Positions 39,163-47,951 of a DNA stretch of 64,000 bases are shown here, one piece after another. A program made the position numbers and the translations under genes. Within the stretch, counting starts at the first letter, position 1. Every line of letters starts with the position of its first letter. Origin of the DNA: Candidatus Woesearchaeota archaeon. Lineage in GTDB: Archaea > Nanobdellota > Nanobdellia > Woesearchaeales > JAZDKJ01. The stretch is taken from positions 1-64,000 of the forward strand of contig JAZDKJ010000005.1 in assembly GCA_043803105.1 (NCBI GenBank). Direction: 5' to 3'. The notes below the pieces were generated by a model. It had not been told where the DNA came from and did not search any database. It was given only the letters and a program-made list of their open reading frames with translations.

Positions 39163-39918
39163 ATGCAGGCATACATAGGGGGCATAGTCCAGATGAGCAC
39201 AGTGGACTGGCCAAAAAACGTATGCACGGTTGTTTTCTTCGCAGGATGTGACTTCAACTGTCCATACTGCCAAAACTCCACAATAATAGAGTTCAAGGAA
39301 GAATTCTTGAAGGATCTGAAAATAGTAAAGGAGGACATAAGGAAGAACCTTGACTTCATCGATGCAGTTCTTTTTTCTGGAGGAGAGCCATGCCTGCAAA
39401 GAGGGCCGTTGCTCGAACTCGCATCGTACGCAAAGAAGCTGCACCTCAAAGTAGGCATTGAGACAAACGGGTCAAAGCCTGAAGTGATAATGAACATGTT
39501 GAACGAAGGGCTTCTTGACTTTGTCGGCCTTGACATCAAGGCACCGCTAAATGATGTCAAACTCTTTGAGAAAGCGACTAAGTCGCAAACCTTCTTCAAG
39601 ACAACTGACGAGGTGGTGCAAAACCTCAGGCAGACACTAATGATTTTGAAGCAGAACCAAGACAGGCTGCAGATAGAGATAAGGACAACAATATGCCCTG
39701 GGATAACCTACAAGAAAGAGGACTTACTCGCAATAGCAGAGGAGATAAAAGAGCTAGACTGCAGGTGGTCACTGCAACAATTTCGGCCAGACATAGGGAC
39801 AATACTTGACCCAATGCTAAGGAATGTCAACTCTCCGACAAAGGAGTTCCTTGAGAACATGAAAGAGGCTGTCCTGAAGAAATACCACAACATGAGGATT
39901 GATGTGAAGGCGGTTTGA
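39163..39918 (+). CDS. nrdG: Anaerobic RNR activating enzyme (radical SAM)
   Basis: S.VDWP, GCDFNCPYCQN, SGGEP, ETNG, DIKAP, EIRTT. Confidence 0.9.
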   Translation: MQAYIGGIVQMSTVDWPKNVCTVVFFAGCDFNCPYCQNSTIIEFKEEFLKDLKIVKEDIRKNLDFIDAVLFSGGEPCLQRGPLLELASYAKKLHLKVGIETNGSKPEVIMNMLNEGLLDFVGLDIKAPLNDVKLFEKATKSQTFFKTTDEVVQNLRQTLMILKQNQDRLQIEIRTTICPGITYKKEDLLAIAEEIKELDCRWSLQQFRPDIGTILDPMLRNVNSPTKEFLENMKEAVLKKYHNMRIDVKAV

Positions 39919-39998
39919 GAATAAAAGGAGAACCATAAATAATCCCATCTTGTTGAAAGATGTGAAATTTTCTATGTACGCTAAATTAATCTAACCAT

Positions 39999-40721
39999 CT
40001 AGTAAACAGGATGATAGAAAGAAACAATTGTGTCTCCCGGTTTTGAGATGATATCTACAGGAGCCCTCAGATATTTTGATGCCATCTTCACAAAGTGCAA
40101 GCCAAAACCATCTCCTTTCTCAGGAATAGACCTCTGGAAATAGTACTCTGGAGATTCTGGAAATGGCCTGCCAGCATTTCTTACTTTGAATACGATAAAA
40201 TGGCTGTACTTGGTTGCATTTTCAGGAATAAAAACAGAATGGTCTGGAAAGACTGAAGGCTCAACAGCAACCTCAATTGCCTTCCCAAAATCTGGAGAAG
40301 ACCTTTGTGCTGACCCGCCGTTCTTTACGAGATTAAAGACAACGCTGTGCATGAGAGGCCTAAGCGTTAGGAAACGCGGCACTTCTTGAACTGAACCTTG
40401 GAGAGGGACATCATAAGATATCTGGCCCATATCAGAAATGAGGCGTTCAATACTAGCCTTGTCCAACCTTGTGTTGTAAAAAGCGTCAGTGAGAAAAATG
40501 CAATCATACTGGCTAAGAGCCTCAATGACTGCCTCGCCGCAAGATAAATGATCAAGAACAGCATGATATTGTTTGCTGTCAAAATCCTTACCTCCAAATT
40601 TGCAAGCAGCAGGCATTTGACTTAGCACAGCAAAATATGTCATAGAATCATGACCACATAACCTTGGTAAGCTTAGGCGTTCTTCAATTGTCAAAGGGTT
40701 GTTAAGCTCGACTTCTTTCAT
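39999..40721 (-). CDS. Histidine kinase-like/HATPase_c protein without a sensor domain
   Basis: H-box-like GHD, N-box FNLVKNG, VRNAG, G2 box GFGL. Confidence 0.65.
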   Translation of the reverse strand: MKEVELNNPLTIEERLSLPRLCGHDSMTYFAVLSQMPAACKFGGKDFDSKQYHAVLDHLSCGEAVIEALSQYDCIFLTDAFYNTRLDKASIERLISDMGQISYDVPLQGSVQEVPRFLTLRPLMHSVVFNLVKNGGSAQRSSPDFGKAIEVAVEPSVFPDHSVFIPENATKYSHFIVFKVRNAGRPFPESPEYYFQRSIPEKGDGFGLHFVKMASKYLRAPVDIISKPGDTIVSFYHPVY

Positions 40722-40785
40722 GACACAGGAAACGCGATTAGGTCTTTTAAAGGTATTCCCAGAACAACAACTATTTATACCATAT

Positions 40786-40986
40786 TTAAGCAGTCTGTGC
40801 TTCCAAAAGCGTTTTTTTGTTAACTATCTTGCTGGCGTTCAATATTTCAAGGCCCAGCAATTTACCCTTTTCATCCAAATCAAGAATAATATCTTCCTTG
40901 AGCTCAACAGTCTTCTTTACTGGTCTGGGAGGATACTCCAAATAGATATAGGCTGCGTCAACTTCCTTGTCATATTCGAATTTCAT
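40786..40986 (-). CDS. DUF2283 family (antitoxin-like) protein
   Basis: YD.EVDAAYI, IILDLD..GKLLGLEILNAS. Confidence 0.88.
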   Translation of the reverse strand: MKFEYDKEVDAAYIYLEYPPRPVKKTVELKEDIILDLDEKGKLLGLEILNASKIVNKKTLLEAQTA

Positions 40987-40990
40987 GGTC

Positions 40991-41038
40991 TTAAATAACG
41001 GTAACTATCTTTATAAAAGTTTCTTCTTCAGTATAGAC
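40991..41038 (-). pseudogene. Remnant C-terminus of a DUF4258-like toxin
   Basis: VYTEEETFIKIVTVI* ends 4 bp before the DUF2283 start; an in-frame TAG lies directly upstream. Confidence 0.4.
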
Positions 41039-41138
41039 CTATGGGAGGTGATTGCATTATACAATGTGAGCCTTAGAAAGAAAAGCAACAACATTCCTTG
41101 CGACAACTTTTTATACCACTCATTACTGAAAGCTTATT

Positions 41139-41924
41139 ATGAGCCAATACAAAAAAAGAGCGGCTGAGAAAGTGAAGGCTGCAAAAAAGGCTGAACCTAT
41201 CAATATTGACAAGGAGAGGGCTGAGGCAAGACAGGCATATCATTCTGAGCAGCACATAAAAAGCGGAAGCAATCTGAGAGACTTCATACTGGGCTTCAAT
41301 GACGGACTTGTCAGCATATTCTCGCTTTTAACTGGAGTTGCAGGAGCAAACGTCTCACCTAAGATAGTAATACTCGCCGGATTTGCAGGCCTATCGGCAG
41401 GGGCCACATCCATGGGATTGAACAACTACATATCATACAAGTCACAAATAGAGTTTTACAAGAGCGAGATAGAAAGAGAAGAGAACGAGATAAAGAGAGT
41501 GCCCCAAAGGGAAAGAGAGGAGATCTGTGAAATATACAGGAAAAAAGGATTCAAGGGAACAGAACTGGAAAGGGTTGTGGCAAGGATATGCTCAAACAAA
41601 AAGGTATGGACAAAGGTCATGGTTGAGGAAGAGCTGGGATTAATCGAAGACAAGTTTGACAGCCCGGTAAGGATAGCAATAATTACAGGGCTCGCATTTA
41701 TCCTTGGTGCAATGATACCGATAGCCCCGTATCTTTTCATAAGATCAGCTTCTACTGGATTTATGCTGTCCATAACATTCAGTATAATCTTCATGTTCAC
41801 TGTTGGGGCTGCAAAAACAGTAATAACCAAGAAGTCCTGGCTGAGGTCAGGGGCTGAGATGATATTAGTAGGAGCTGTATCTGCAACTGCAGCATTTTTT
41901 ATCGGAAGGCTGTTTACACTATGA
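41139..41924 (+). CDS. VIT1/CCC1 family metal transporter
   Basis: LRDFILG.NDGLVS, AGA.SMG, EREE..EIY..KG, EELG. Confidence 0.9.
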   Translation: MSQYKKRAAEKVKAAKKAEPINIDKERAEARQAYHSEQHIKSGSNLRDFILGFNDGLVSIFSLLTGVAGANVSPKIVILAGFAGLSAGATSMGLNNYISYKSQIEFYKSEIEREENEIKRVPQREREEICEIYRKKGFKGTELERVVARICSNKKVWTKVMVEEELGLIEDKFDSPVRIAIITGLAFILGAMIPIAPYLFIRSASTGFMLSITFSIIFMFTVGAAKTVITKKSWLRSGAEMILVGAVSATAAFFIGRLFTL

Positions 41925-42394
41925 AAGTAAAATACTTCAGCTTTGGGGCAACATCTGCTGTAATCACAGGGCTTGCGGTGATAGTTGGCTTTAGCGGAAC
42001 AGCAAATGCAAAGATAAGCATCATTTCAGCACTACTCCTTATTGCTATAGCGGACAACATCTCAGACTCTTTCGGGATACACGTACACGAGGAATGCCAA
42101 AGCAAGTCAATCAAGGAAAACAGGCGAACAACATATACAAACTTCTTGACCAGGATCTTGGTTGTGGCAGTCTTTGTCATTTTTGTGCTGAGTCTGCCGA
42201 GCACACTTGCTATCGCATTATCCATAACCTTTGGGTTGCTGGTGATCACGTGGATGAGCTACGCAATTGCAAAGCAGCAGAAAGCCAAAACTTACAGGGT
42301 GATATTCCATCATGTCTTGTTAACAGTAGTTGTTATGACAGCGAGTTTCATCTTGAAAGAAGTGGTTTCCGGAGGGATTCAGAGATTCTTGTGA
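41921..42394 (+). CDS. VIT1-like short membrane protein
   Basis: SFG.TS, IAIADNISDSFGIH..EE; ATGA overlap. Confidence 0.7.
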   Translation: MKVKYFSFGATSAVITGLAVIVGFSGTANAKISIISALLLIAIADNISDSFGIHVHEECQSKSIKENRRTTYTNFLTRILVVAVFVIFVLSLPSTLAIALSITFGLLVITWMSYAIAKQQKAKTYRVIFHHVLLTVVVMTASFILKEVVSGGIQRFL

Positions 42395-42449
42395 CGGTGT
42401 AGCAACACTATATTCACCAAATTTCTTGACGTTTTTTTCAAGGTTTTTC

Positions 42450-42659
42450 TTAACTCATAGAAATGGCCTTGTGCTTACATGCGGAAACGCAGGCACTGCA
42501 CTCTATGCATGTTTTGGGATCAAGCACAACACGCTTCTCTCTTTTCAAGGCACCAACAGGGCATGCCTCAACGCAACCGACACAGGCAGAGCCGCAAGAG
42601 CAACTCGAGCATTTACCATCCTTCCAGCAACATTTTTTATAATCAATAACTATTGGCAT
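42450..42659 (-). CDS. 2[4Fe-4S] ferredoxin with Cys-rich insert
   Basis: CVGCVEACP and CIECSACVSAC. Confidence 0.85.
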   Translation of the reverse strand: MPIVIDYKKCCWKDGKCSSCSCGSACVGCVEACPVGALKREKRVVLDPKTCIECSACVSACKHKAISMS

Positions 42660-42700
42660 GAAATCACACTCTTAGGGTACTTAATATAGTTTTTCATCAA

Positions 42701-43159
42701 TCACCAATATTGGATTTCTATCATCTCCTCACAAAAACCTAAATCGGCATGGGGGCGGATTTTCTTATAATTCCTGGAAAAGACAAGGTGCGGGTTTACC
42801 TGTTCCACGAACAGCTGAACAGATTGCTCATAACCCCGCTTGCACACTTCGCGAGTATCATAACCGCCAAGCTGGCAGGCTTCAAGAACTGGGCATGGAT
42901 TCCTTGAATGCCAAATAATCTTCTCCCTGTTCTCAAAAACAACAGGGGCTTCAAGTGTCGTAACATCAAGCTTTGCCATCAAGAGAAGATAAGCCCGGCG
43001 AACATCAGTAATTGCATCAGGGAACATATTCCAATGTTCTGCAAGCCATGCGAGGCGCTTTGTGGAAAGCTCTTGATTTATTGCAGACCAGTTGTTGGTC
43101 TTGATTGCGAGAGTAATCTTTTCGAGAGTTTTTTGGACTATGTCATCTGTTACAAGCAT
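42701..43159 (-). CDS. Hypothetical Cys-containing (probable metal-binding) protein
   Basis: NPCPVLEAC, DTREVC, RNY..IRP...CEE. Confidence 0.6.
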   Translation of the reverse strand: MLVTDDIVQKTLEKITLAIKTNNWSAINQELSTKRLAWLAEHWNMFPDAITDVRRAYLLLMAKLDVTTLEAPVVFENREKIIWHSRNPCPVLEACQLGGYDTREVCKRGYEQSVQLFVEQVNPHLVFSRNYKKIRPHADLGFCEEMIEIQYW

Positions 43160-43239
43160 GGAACAGTGAAAGCAAAAGAGGCTTATAAAACTAACCCGGC
43201 AGACAGAATTAAATAGTGGATTAATCAATTAAAGGAAAA

Positions 43240-43590
43240 ATGAAAAGACCCAACACCAATCTCTTGCTGTACTGGAGCCCTCGTATTTTGGCGATAATGT
43301 TCATAATATTCATCAGCCTGATTGCATTGGATTCTTTCGGTGCTTCTGGCACATTCTGGCAGAAGACAGGCAATTTTGTTGTTCACCTGATTCCATCCTT
43401 CATCCTTATAGCAGTTTTGGCCATCTCATGGAAGCACGAACTAGCTGGAGCAGCAATCTTCATTTTGTTTGGGCTTGCCTACATCAGCATGATGAGGAAC
43501 TTTCCTGTGCTGGTGTACATCATGATTTCGGGGCCTGCAATCGCAATAGGAGTACTTTTCCTTGCAAACTGGTATAAGCGAATGAACTAG
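43240..43590 (+). CDS. Small membrane protein
   Basis: W.PRILAI, HLIPS; about four TM helices. Confidence 0.7.
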   Translation: MKRPNTNLLLYWSPRILAIMFIIFISLIALDSFGASGTFWQKTGNFVVHLIPSFILIAVLAISWKHELAGAAIFILFGLAYISMMRNFPVLVYIMISGPAIAIGVLFLANWYKRMN

Positions 43591-43645
43591 AGAAGCGAAA
43601 TTTATTTAAAGCATGATTGTTGCTGATATTTTTTTGGGTGGTATT

Positions 43646-43948
43646 ATGACAACATTCTATGGGCGCGAAGTGCCGCCAAGCGAAGGAGAGATGGGCTTCT
43701 TCCAGAAAGCTGGCAACGGTTATGTCTTCATTTCGGTTGACGAAAAGACTTATGAAGGATTGGCAAAACACAAGCCGATGCCTGCCTTTTACGAGGAAGT
43801 GACTGAATTGAGGCTCAATGCAGAATGCCAAACCAGTTGGAAACCTGATTCCATGTTAGGCATTGAAATGACCCCAGCAGCTATTCAAAAAATAGAGAAC
43901 CTTGCGCAATGGACCTCACAAGTAGTAGAGGCACTTTCAGGGAAGTAG
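43646..43948 (+). CDS. Hypothetical protein
   Basis: GGTGG RBS before ATG 43646 (alternative start 43613). Confidence 0.55.
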   Translation: MTTFYGREVPPSEGEMGFFQKAGNGYVFISVDEKTYEGLAKHKPMPAFYEEVTELRLNAECQTSWKPDSMLGIEMTPAAIQKIENLAQWTSQVVEALSGK

Positions 43949-43952
43949 CTGC

Positions 43953-44429
43953 ATGGTTTTTACACAGGAATTCGAAAAGCTGGAGCAATTGACTGATAAG
44001 GCTTATGAGCTATTAATCCCGAGCATTATAAGACCGGCCGTGACAAAAACCCAAAGAGCATTAAACTTTTTTAAGAACGGATTCTATACAGAACTAAACA
44101 GAACAGCCACAAAATACCATTCCAAACCGCTCGAATGGACGATTGGAAGCGAAATTGGGAAACAATTCAACAGAATTGCGCTGCCCTTTATAGTTGGTGG
44201 CTTGACAGCAAAAATGGCGTATAAGGTTGCTGTAAACAAAGGAATGGGGATTCAGCTTGTGCCACAAAAGCTTGAAATAAACCCGCTAACGCAGGCATTG
44301 CAGGTTGAGACTACTTCTTACCGGGAAATTGTGCAAATATCAGCAGAATTGTTTCACAGCCACAACTTTGCTGAGCTTGTCTCTGCATTAAACTATGTTT
44401 CACAACAATATCCTTTAACCAGGACATAG
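43953..44429 (+). CDS. Hypothetical protein
   Basis: 158-aa ORF 4 bp after the previous stop. Confidence 0.55.
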   Translation: MVFTQEFEKLEQLTDKAYELLIPSIIRPAVTKTQRALNFFKNGFYTELNRTATKYHSKPLEWTIGSEIGKQFNRIALPFIVGGLTAKMAYKVAVNKGMGIQLVPQKLEINPLTQALQVETTSYREIVQISAELFHSHNFAELVSALNYVSQQYPLTRT

Positions 44430-44447
44430 AGACTTCTTGAGTAAAAA

Positions 44448-45191
44448 CTATTGATGAAGAAGGCTCTCAAGCACAATCCTTGTGGCAGTGCCTTTTGGAG
44501 CGCGGGATTCTTCTATATCTTGTCTAGAAAGCTTGGGAACATTCTGGACACGGTCGCTTATGCCAAGAAGGGCAGCAACAGCATTAAGATTTTGGTCAGC
44601 ATAATCAATGACGCGTTGGACGGTGGCTTGAGGGATATGGCCAAGAGACTTGCCGCCTTTGAATACATACTCAGGCAAAATTGTCTTGCATCCATCAAAA
44701 TGAGATGGTGTGGCAAGGTAAATGCGACCGTCAAAAACCTCTTTATCATCAGCAAAAACAGAATATGCGCCAGTGTTTATAGGTGCAAAATCATAAGTAG
44801 CAAGAAATTCAGAATATTTCTTGAAGATTTTTTGGTCATCTACAAGAGAAAGCTCATAATCAAACCTTCGGTAGCCATGGTCGGGCTTTCTTACTTGTAA
44901 CTCAAAAAGCTGATCTGTTCGTTCCTTACCTTTGGATATGGATAAATATTCCAATTCGAGAAGAAAATTTGTCTTGTCAGGAGCACTGAGGCTTACACCA
45001 TATAATCGGTTATGGGAACCTTGGGCTTTACAGTCGCGGACAAGCTGCTTTTTCTTGTATGCAATCTCCCAAATCTGGTCCATCAGTGCAGCTCGCTGAT
45101 AAGACCTTGAGGGCTTGGCCTGCACATGACCAACTAACAAATGCTGCGCTACTAAACCTAAAGCCGCCTTCAGAACTGTCCTTCTCTCCAT
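44448..45191 (-). CDS. Hypothetical protein with twin-arginine-like signal peptide
   Basis: MERRTVLKAALG...VQA. Confidence 0.6.
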   Translation of the reverse strand: MERRTVLKAALGLVAQHLLVGHVQAKPSRSYQRAALMDQIWEIAYKKKQLVRDCKAQGSHNRLYGVSLSAPDKTNFLLELEYLSISKGKERTDQLFELQVRKPDHGYRRFDYELSLVDDQKIFKKYSEFLATYDFAPINTGAYSVFADDKEVFDGRIYLATPSHFDGCKTILPEYVFKGGKSLGHIPQATVQRVIDYADQNLNAVAALLGISDRVQNVPKLSRQDIEESRAPKGTATRIVLESLLHQ

Positions 45192-45322
45192 TCGTTAAAA
45201 AATTGCGCAGGAATTTAAGAAGATTATGGAATCAATACATCTCAGGAATCGAGATATTTTCTATATAGAAAATAATAAAAGGTACAAAACCTTTTAAAAA
45301 CAGTAAGAAATTCTGCAGGAAG

Positions 45323-47083
45323 ATGAAAAAACAGCTAGCGTTAATGATTCTGTGCTTGTTGCTCTTGACAGGAGTTGCATCAGCAAAGCAAGGCCACCTT
45401 GTGCTCCTGGCAGTCCACCAGGAGGACGGAGAGCAAATAGGCGCAACAGCTGACCTTAACCTTGAGATAAAGCCTGGAAACGGCAACGTGTACCTAAATA
45501 CAGTACCGTTGACACGAATCGATACGCAGATTTCTACAAGATTTGCAAAAGACATAGCCTGTAGCTATCTTGACATGGACTGTAGGGGATATGATTTCTT
45601 CTACAGTATAAAAGCTGACTCGAGCATAGTAGGAGGACCAAGCGCTGGTGCGGCAACAACAGCACTCACAGTATTCCTCTTAAACAACATGAAGTATGAT
45701 GAAAAAATCATGGTAACAGGAACGATCAACTCAGGAGGAATAGTGGGGCCTATAGGCGGACTGGAGGCAAAGCTTCAGGCAGCATCAAAAGTCATCGGAG
45801 CCAAAAAGGTGCTAATACCAATGGGAGAGAGATTCATCAAGGAAGGAAACCAGACAAAAGACGCTGCGGTCTACGGCCAGAACCTCAGCCTTGAAGTTGT
45901 TGAGGTTGCAACAATAGATGATGTTGTGTACGAGTTCACAGGCAAACACATCAAGCCAAAAGAGCAAAACCTGACAATTGACCCAAGCTATCTTGACACA
46001 ATGAAAAACCTTGCAACACAGCTATGCAACAGAACGGGAATGCTAGCCAACCAAGCACAGGAGAAGACGGGGCTTGCCACAAGACTAGGAAAACCGTACA
46101 TAGACAATGTCAAAGCAGGAAAAAACCTGACAGCGAGGGGAAGGGTTGCAATCAACAACAGCTTCTATTATTCAGCAGCATCATACTGCTTTGGAGCAAA
46201 CGTCAGATACCAAGAGATCATACAAAGGACCCTAAACGGAAGCGAACTTGCAGATGCAATCAACGAAACAAATGAGAGCATCAAGATATTTGAAAAGGAA
46301 CTTGTGGCAAGGCAGTTGAATACTATAACAGACCTGCAGGCATTCATGGTTGCATCTGAGCGGCTAAATGAAGCAAAGGAGCAGCTCGGGCTGGCAGAAA
46401 GACAGAATAATAGTAAGGCAGAATATCTTGCGCTTGCAATAGAGAGGCTGCAGAGCTCACATGCATGGAGCAGGTTCTTTGGAAACTCTGGAAAAGAGTA
46501 TATACTAAACCAAGAGGTGCTAAAAGGCTCGTGCCTGGCAAAGATCGCGGAGGCTGAAGAGAGCTACCAGTATGCCACACTATACTTACCAAACCTGCTT
46601 GACTCAGCTGCAACAGATATCAGTGATGCGTACAAGTTCTTAGCCAACAAACAATATGCGCTCTGCCTTTCAAAGGCATCAAACGCAAAGGCAAACGCGA
46701 ACTCTGTCTTAGGCGTAATCGGCGTGCAGGAAGACCAAGTGGAAACATTGATCGACGAAAAGCTTGACGTAGGCAAACAGCTCATAATAAAACAGGCAAA
46801 AGACAACAGCTTCCCAATACTCGGATATAGCTACTGGGAATATGCAACTTCGCTCAAGGCTTATGATAAGTATTCAGCACTACTGTATTCTGAATATGCG
46901 CTGGAGCTCTCAAACCTGGACATATATTTCCAGAAAAAACAGATGATAAAGATTGAGATAGACCCGACCTTTTACTGGGTGTTTGCACTCGGATTATTCA
47001 GCGGGATACTCATTGGTTGGAGAATCAAGGCAGGGCATCGCAGCGGGAAGAGTAATAGGAGCCGCAAGGTTGGGAAAAAATAA
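45323..47083 (+). CDS. Archaeal S16 (Lon C-terminal-like) secreted serine protease
   Basis: Signal peptide, GGPSAG (Ser), TGTIN.GG.VGPIGG..AK (Lys), helical domain, C-terminal TM helix. Confidence 0.88.
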   Translation: MKKQLALMILCLLLLTGVASAKQGHLVLLAVHQEDGEQIGATADLNLEIKPGNGNVYLNTVPLTRIDTQISTRFAKDIACSYLDMDCRGYDFFYSIKADSSIVGGPSAGAATTALTVFLLNNMKYDEKIMVTGTINSGGIVGPIGGLEAKLQAASKVIGAKKVLIPMGERFIKEGNQTKDAAVYGQNLSLEVVEVATIDDVVYEFTGKHIKPKEQNLTIDPSYLDTMKNLATQLCNRTGMLANQAQEKTGLATRLGKPYIDNVKAGKNLTARGRVAINNSFYYSAASYCFGANVRYQEIIQRTLNGSELADAINETNESIKIFEKELVARQLNTITDLQAFMVASERLNEAKEQLGLAERQNNSKAEYLALAIERLQSSHAWSRFFGNSGKEYILNQEVLKGSCLAKIAEAEESYQYATLYLPNLLDSAATDISDAYKFLANKQYALCLSKASNAKANANSVLGVIGVQEDQVETLIDEKLDVGKQLIIKQAKDNSFPILGYSYWEYATSLKAYDKYSALLYSEYALELSNLDIYFQKKQMIKIEIDPTFYWVFALGLFSGILIGWRIKAGHRSGKSNRSRKVGKK

Positions 47084-47170
47084 CAGAATGATTATAAAAC
47101 CCAACTCGCAAGCTTTTTTTGCTCACGCAAAAAAACCTTGGAAAAATAACCAATGATTATAAAACCCAAC
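47073..47170 (+). repeat. ~31-bp direct repeat flanking a hairpin
   Basis: GGAAAAA(A)TAAC..AATGATTATAAAACCCAAC at 47073 and 47140; TTTTTTTGC-TCAC-GCAAAAAAA lies between. Confidence 0.75.
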
Positions 47171-47303
47171 AAGCATCTCCGAAGAGATGCTCGTCGGGAA
47201 AAAGAGGTGATCATGAAGGGTTTTTAAAACCCGGCAGCCACCCTTTGCAGGACAGCTGCAGGGAAAAAGAGGTGATAGATTGTGAAGCACCCCCAACCCT
47301 ATC
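47160..47303 (-). ncRNA. Putative small RNA with four hairpins and two AUCACCUCUUUUUCCC motifs
   Basis: Minus-strand BRE/TATA (AAAAGTTTATATA, 47340-47328); 15-bp stem with two G-U pairs and a cUUCGg loop (47165-47198); repeated 16-mer; U-rich 3' flank. Confidence 0.55.
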
Positions 47304-47387
47304 TTTACTATAGAGTGGTATAACTAATATATAAACTTTTCGATGTTGTATCATTCAAAAGTGGTAACTAAGTAATACTATTTCATA

Positions 47388-47912
47388 ATGAAACAAACTC
47401 AATGCCTAAAATGCCACAGAAAGGCAGAGGCTCTTCTGCTTTGCAGAGCCTGCTTTGGCACAACAATAGAGAAAAGAATAAGGAAATATGTCAGAATCAA
47501 CAAGATATTCTCAAGGGGTGACAGAATAGCAGCAATAGGAGAGATAAACCAGTACCTAATTCCAAGAATAATCCCTGGGTTGCCTGTAAGGATATTCAAG
47601 AAAGAGCAAAAAGGGACAAAGGTTATAAGGAACTGGACAGCAGATGATGAGGCATGCGCGTTCCTTGAACAGGTGTTTACAGGAAAAAAGAGCAAGAGAC
47701 CACTGTCAATAGTGAATTGGACTACTGACAAAGAACTTGAGAGCTTTGCGAAATTCAAGGGCTTGAAGTTCAAGCCAAACAAGAAAAACCAGGATATACT
47801 TAAAATGTTAAACACACTTGAAGAAAAACACCCTGAAACAAAATTCTCCCTGATAAAGAGCAGCCAAGAACTGGAAAGGATTGGGATAAAGCGGAAAAAA
47901 TTGATTTCTTAA
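47388..47912 (+). CDS. Hypothetical protein resembling a reduced TtuA/Ncs6-like fold
   Basis: N-terminal CxxC...CxxCF..IEKR, WTADD, PL...DKEL..FA, L..LE.KHP. Confidence 0.55.
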   Translation: MKQTQCLKCHRKAEALLLCRACFGTTIEKRIRKYVRINKIFSRGDRIAAIGEINQYLIPRIIPGLPVRIFKKEQKGTKVIRNWTADDEACAFLEQVFTGKKSKRPLSIVNWTTDKELESFAKFKGLKFKPNKKNQDILKMLNTLEEKHPETKFSLIKSSQELERIGIKRKKLIS

Positions 47913-47951
47913 TGTATCAAGCTTAATAGGCAGGAACAGTTGGGCAATCTG

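Noticed and set aside
47197-47212. 16S rRNA 3' fragment (GATCACCTC on the minus strand)
   Set aside because: No helix 44/45 sequence adjacent; the match is only 9 nt.
47073-47276. Possible CRISPR array
   Set aside because: Only pairs of imperfect repeats, the intervening sequences are hairpins, and there are no cas genes.
47119-47313. 64-aa ORF from the track
   Set aside because: TTG start without an RBS, and it overlies the repeats and hairpins; probably spurious.
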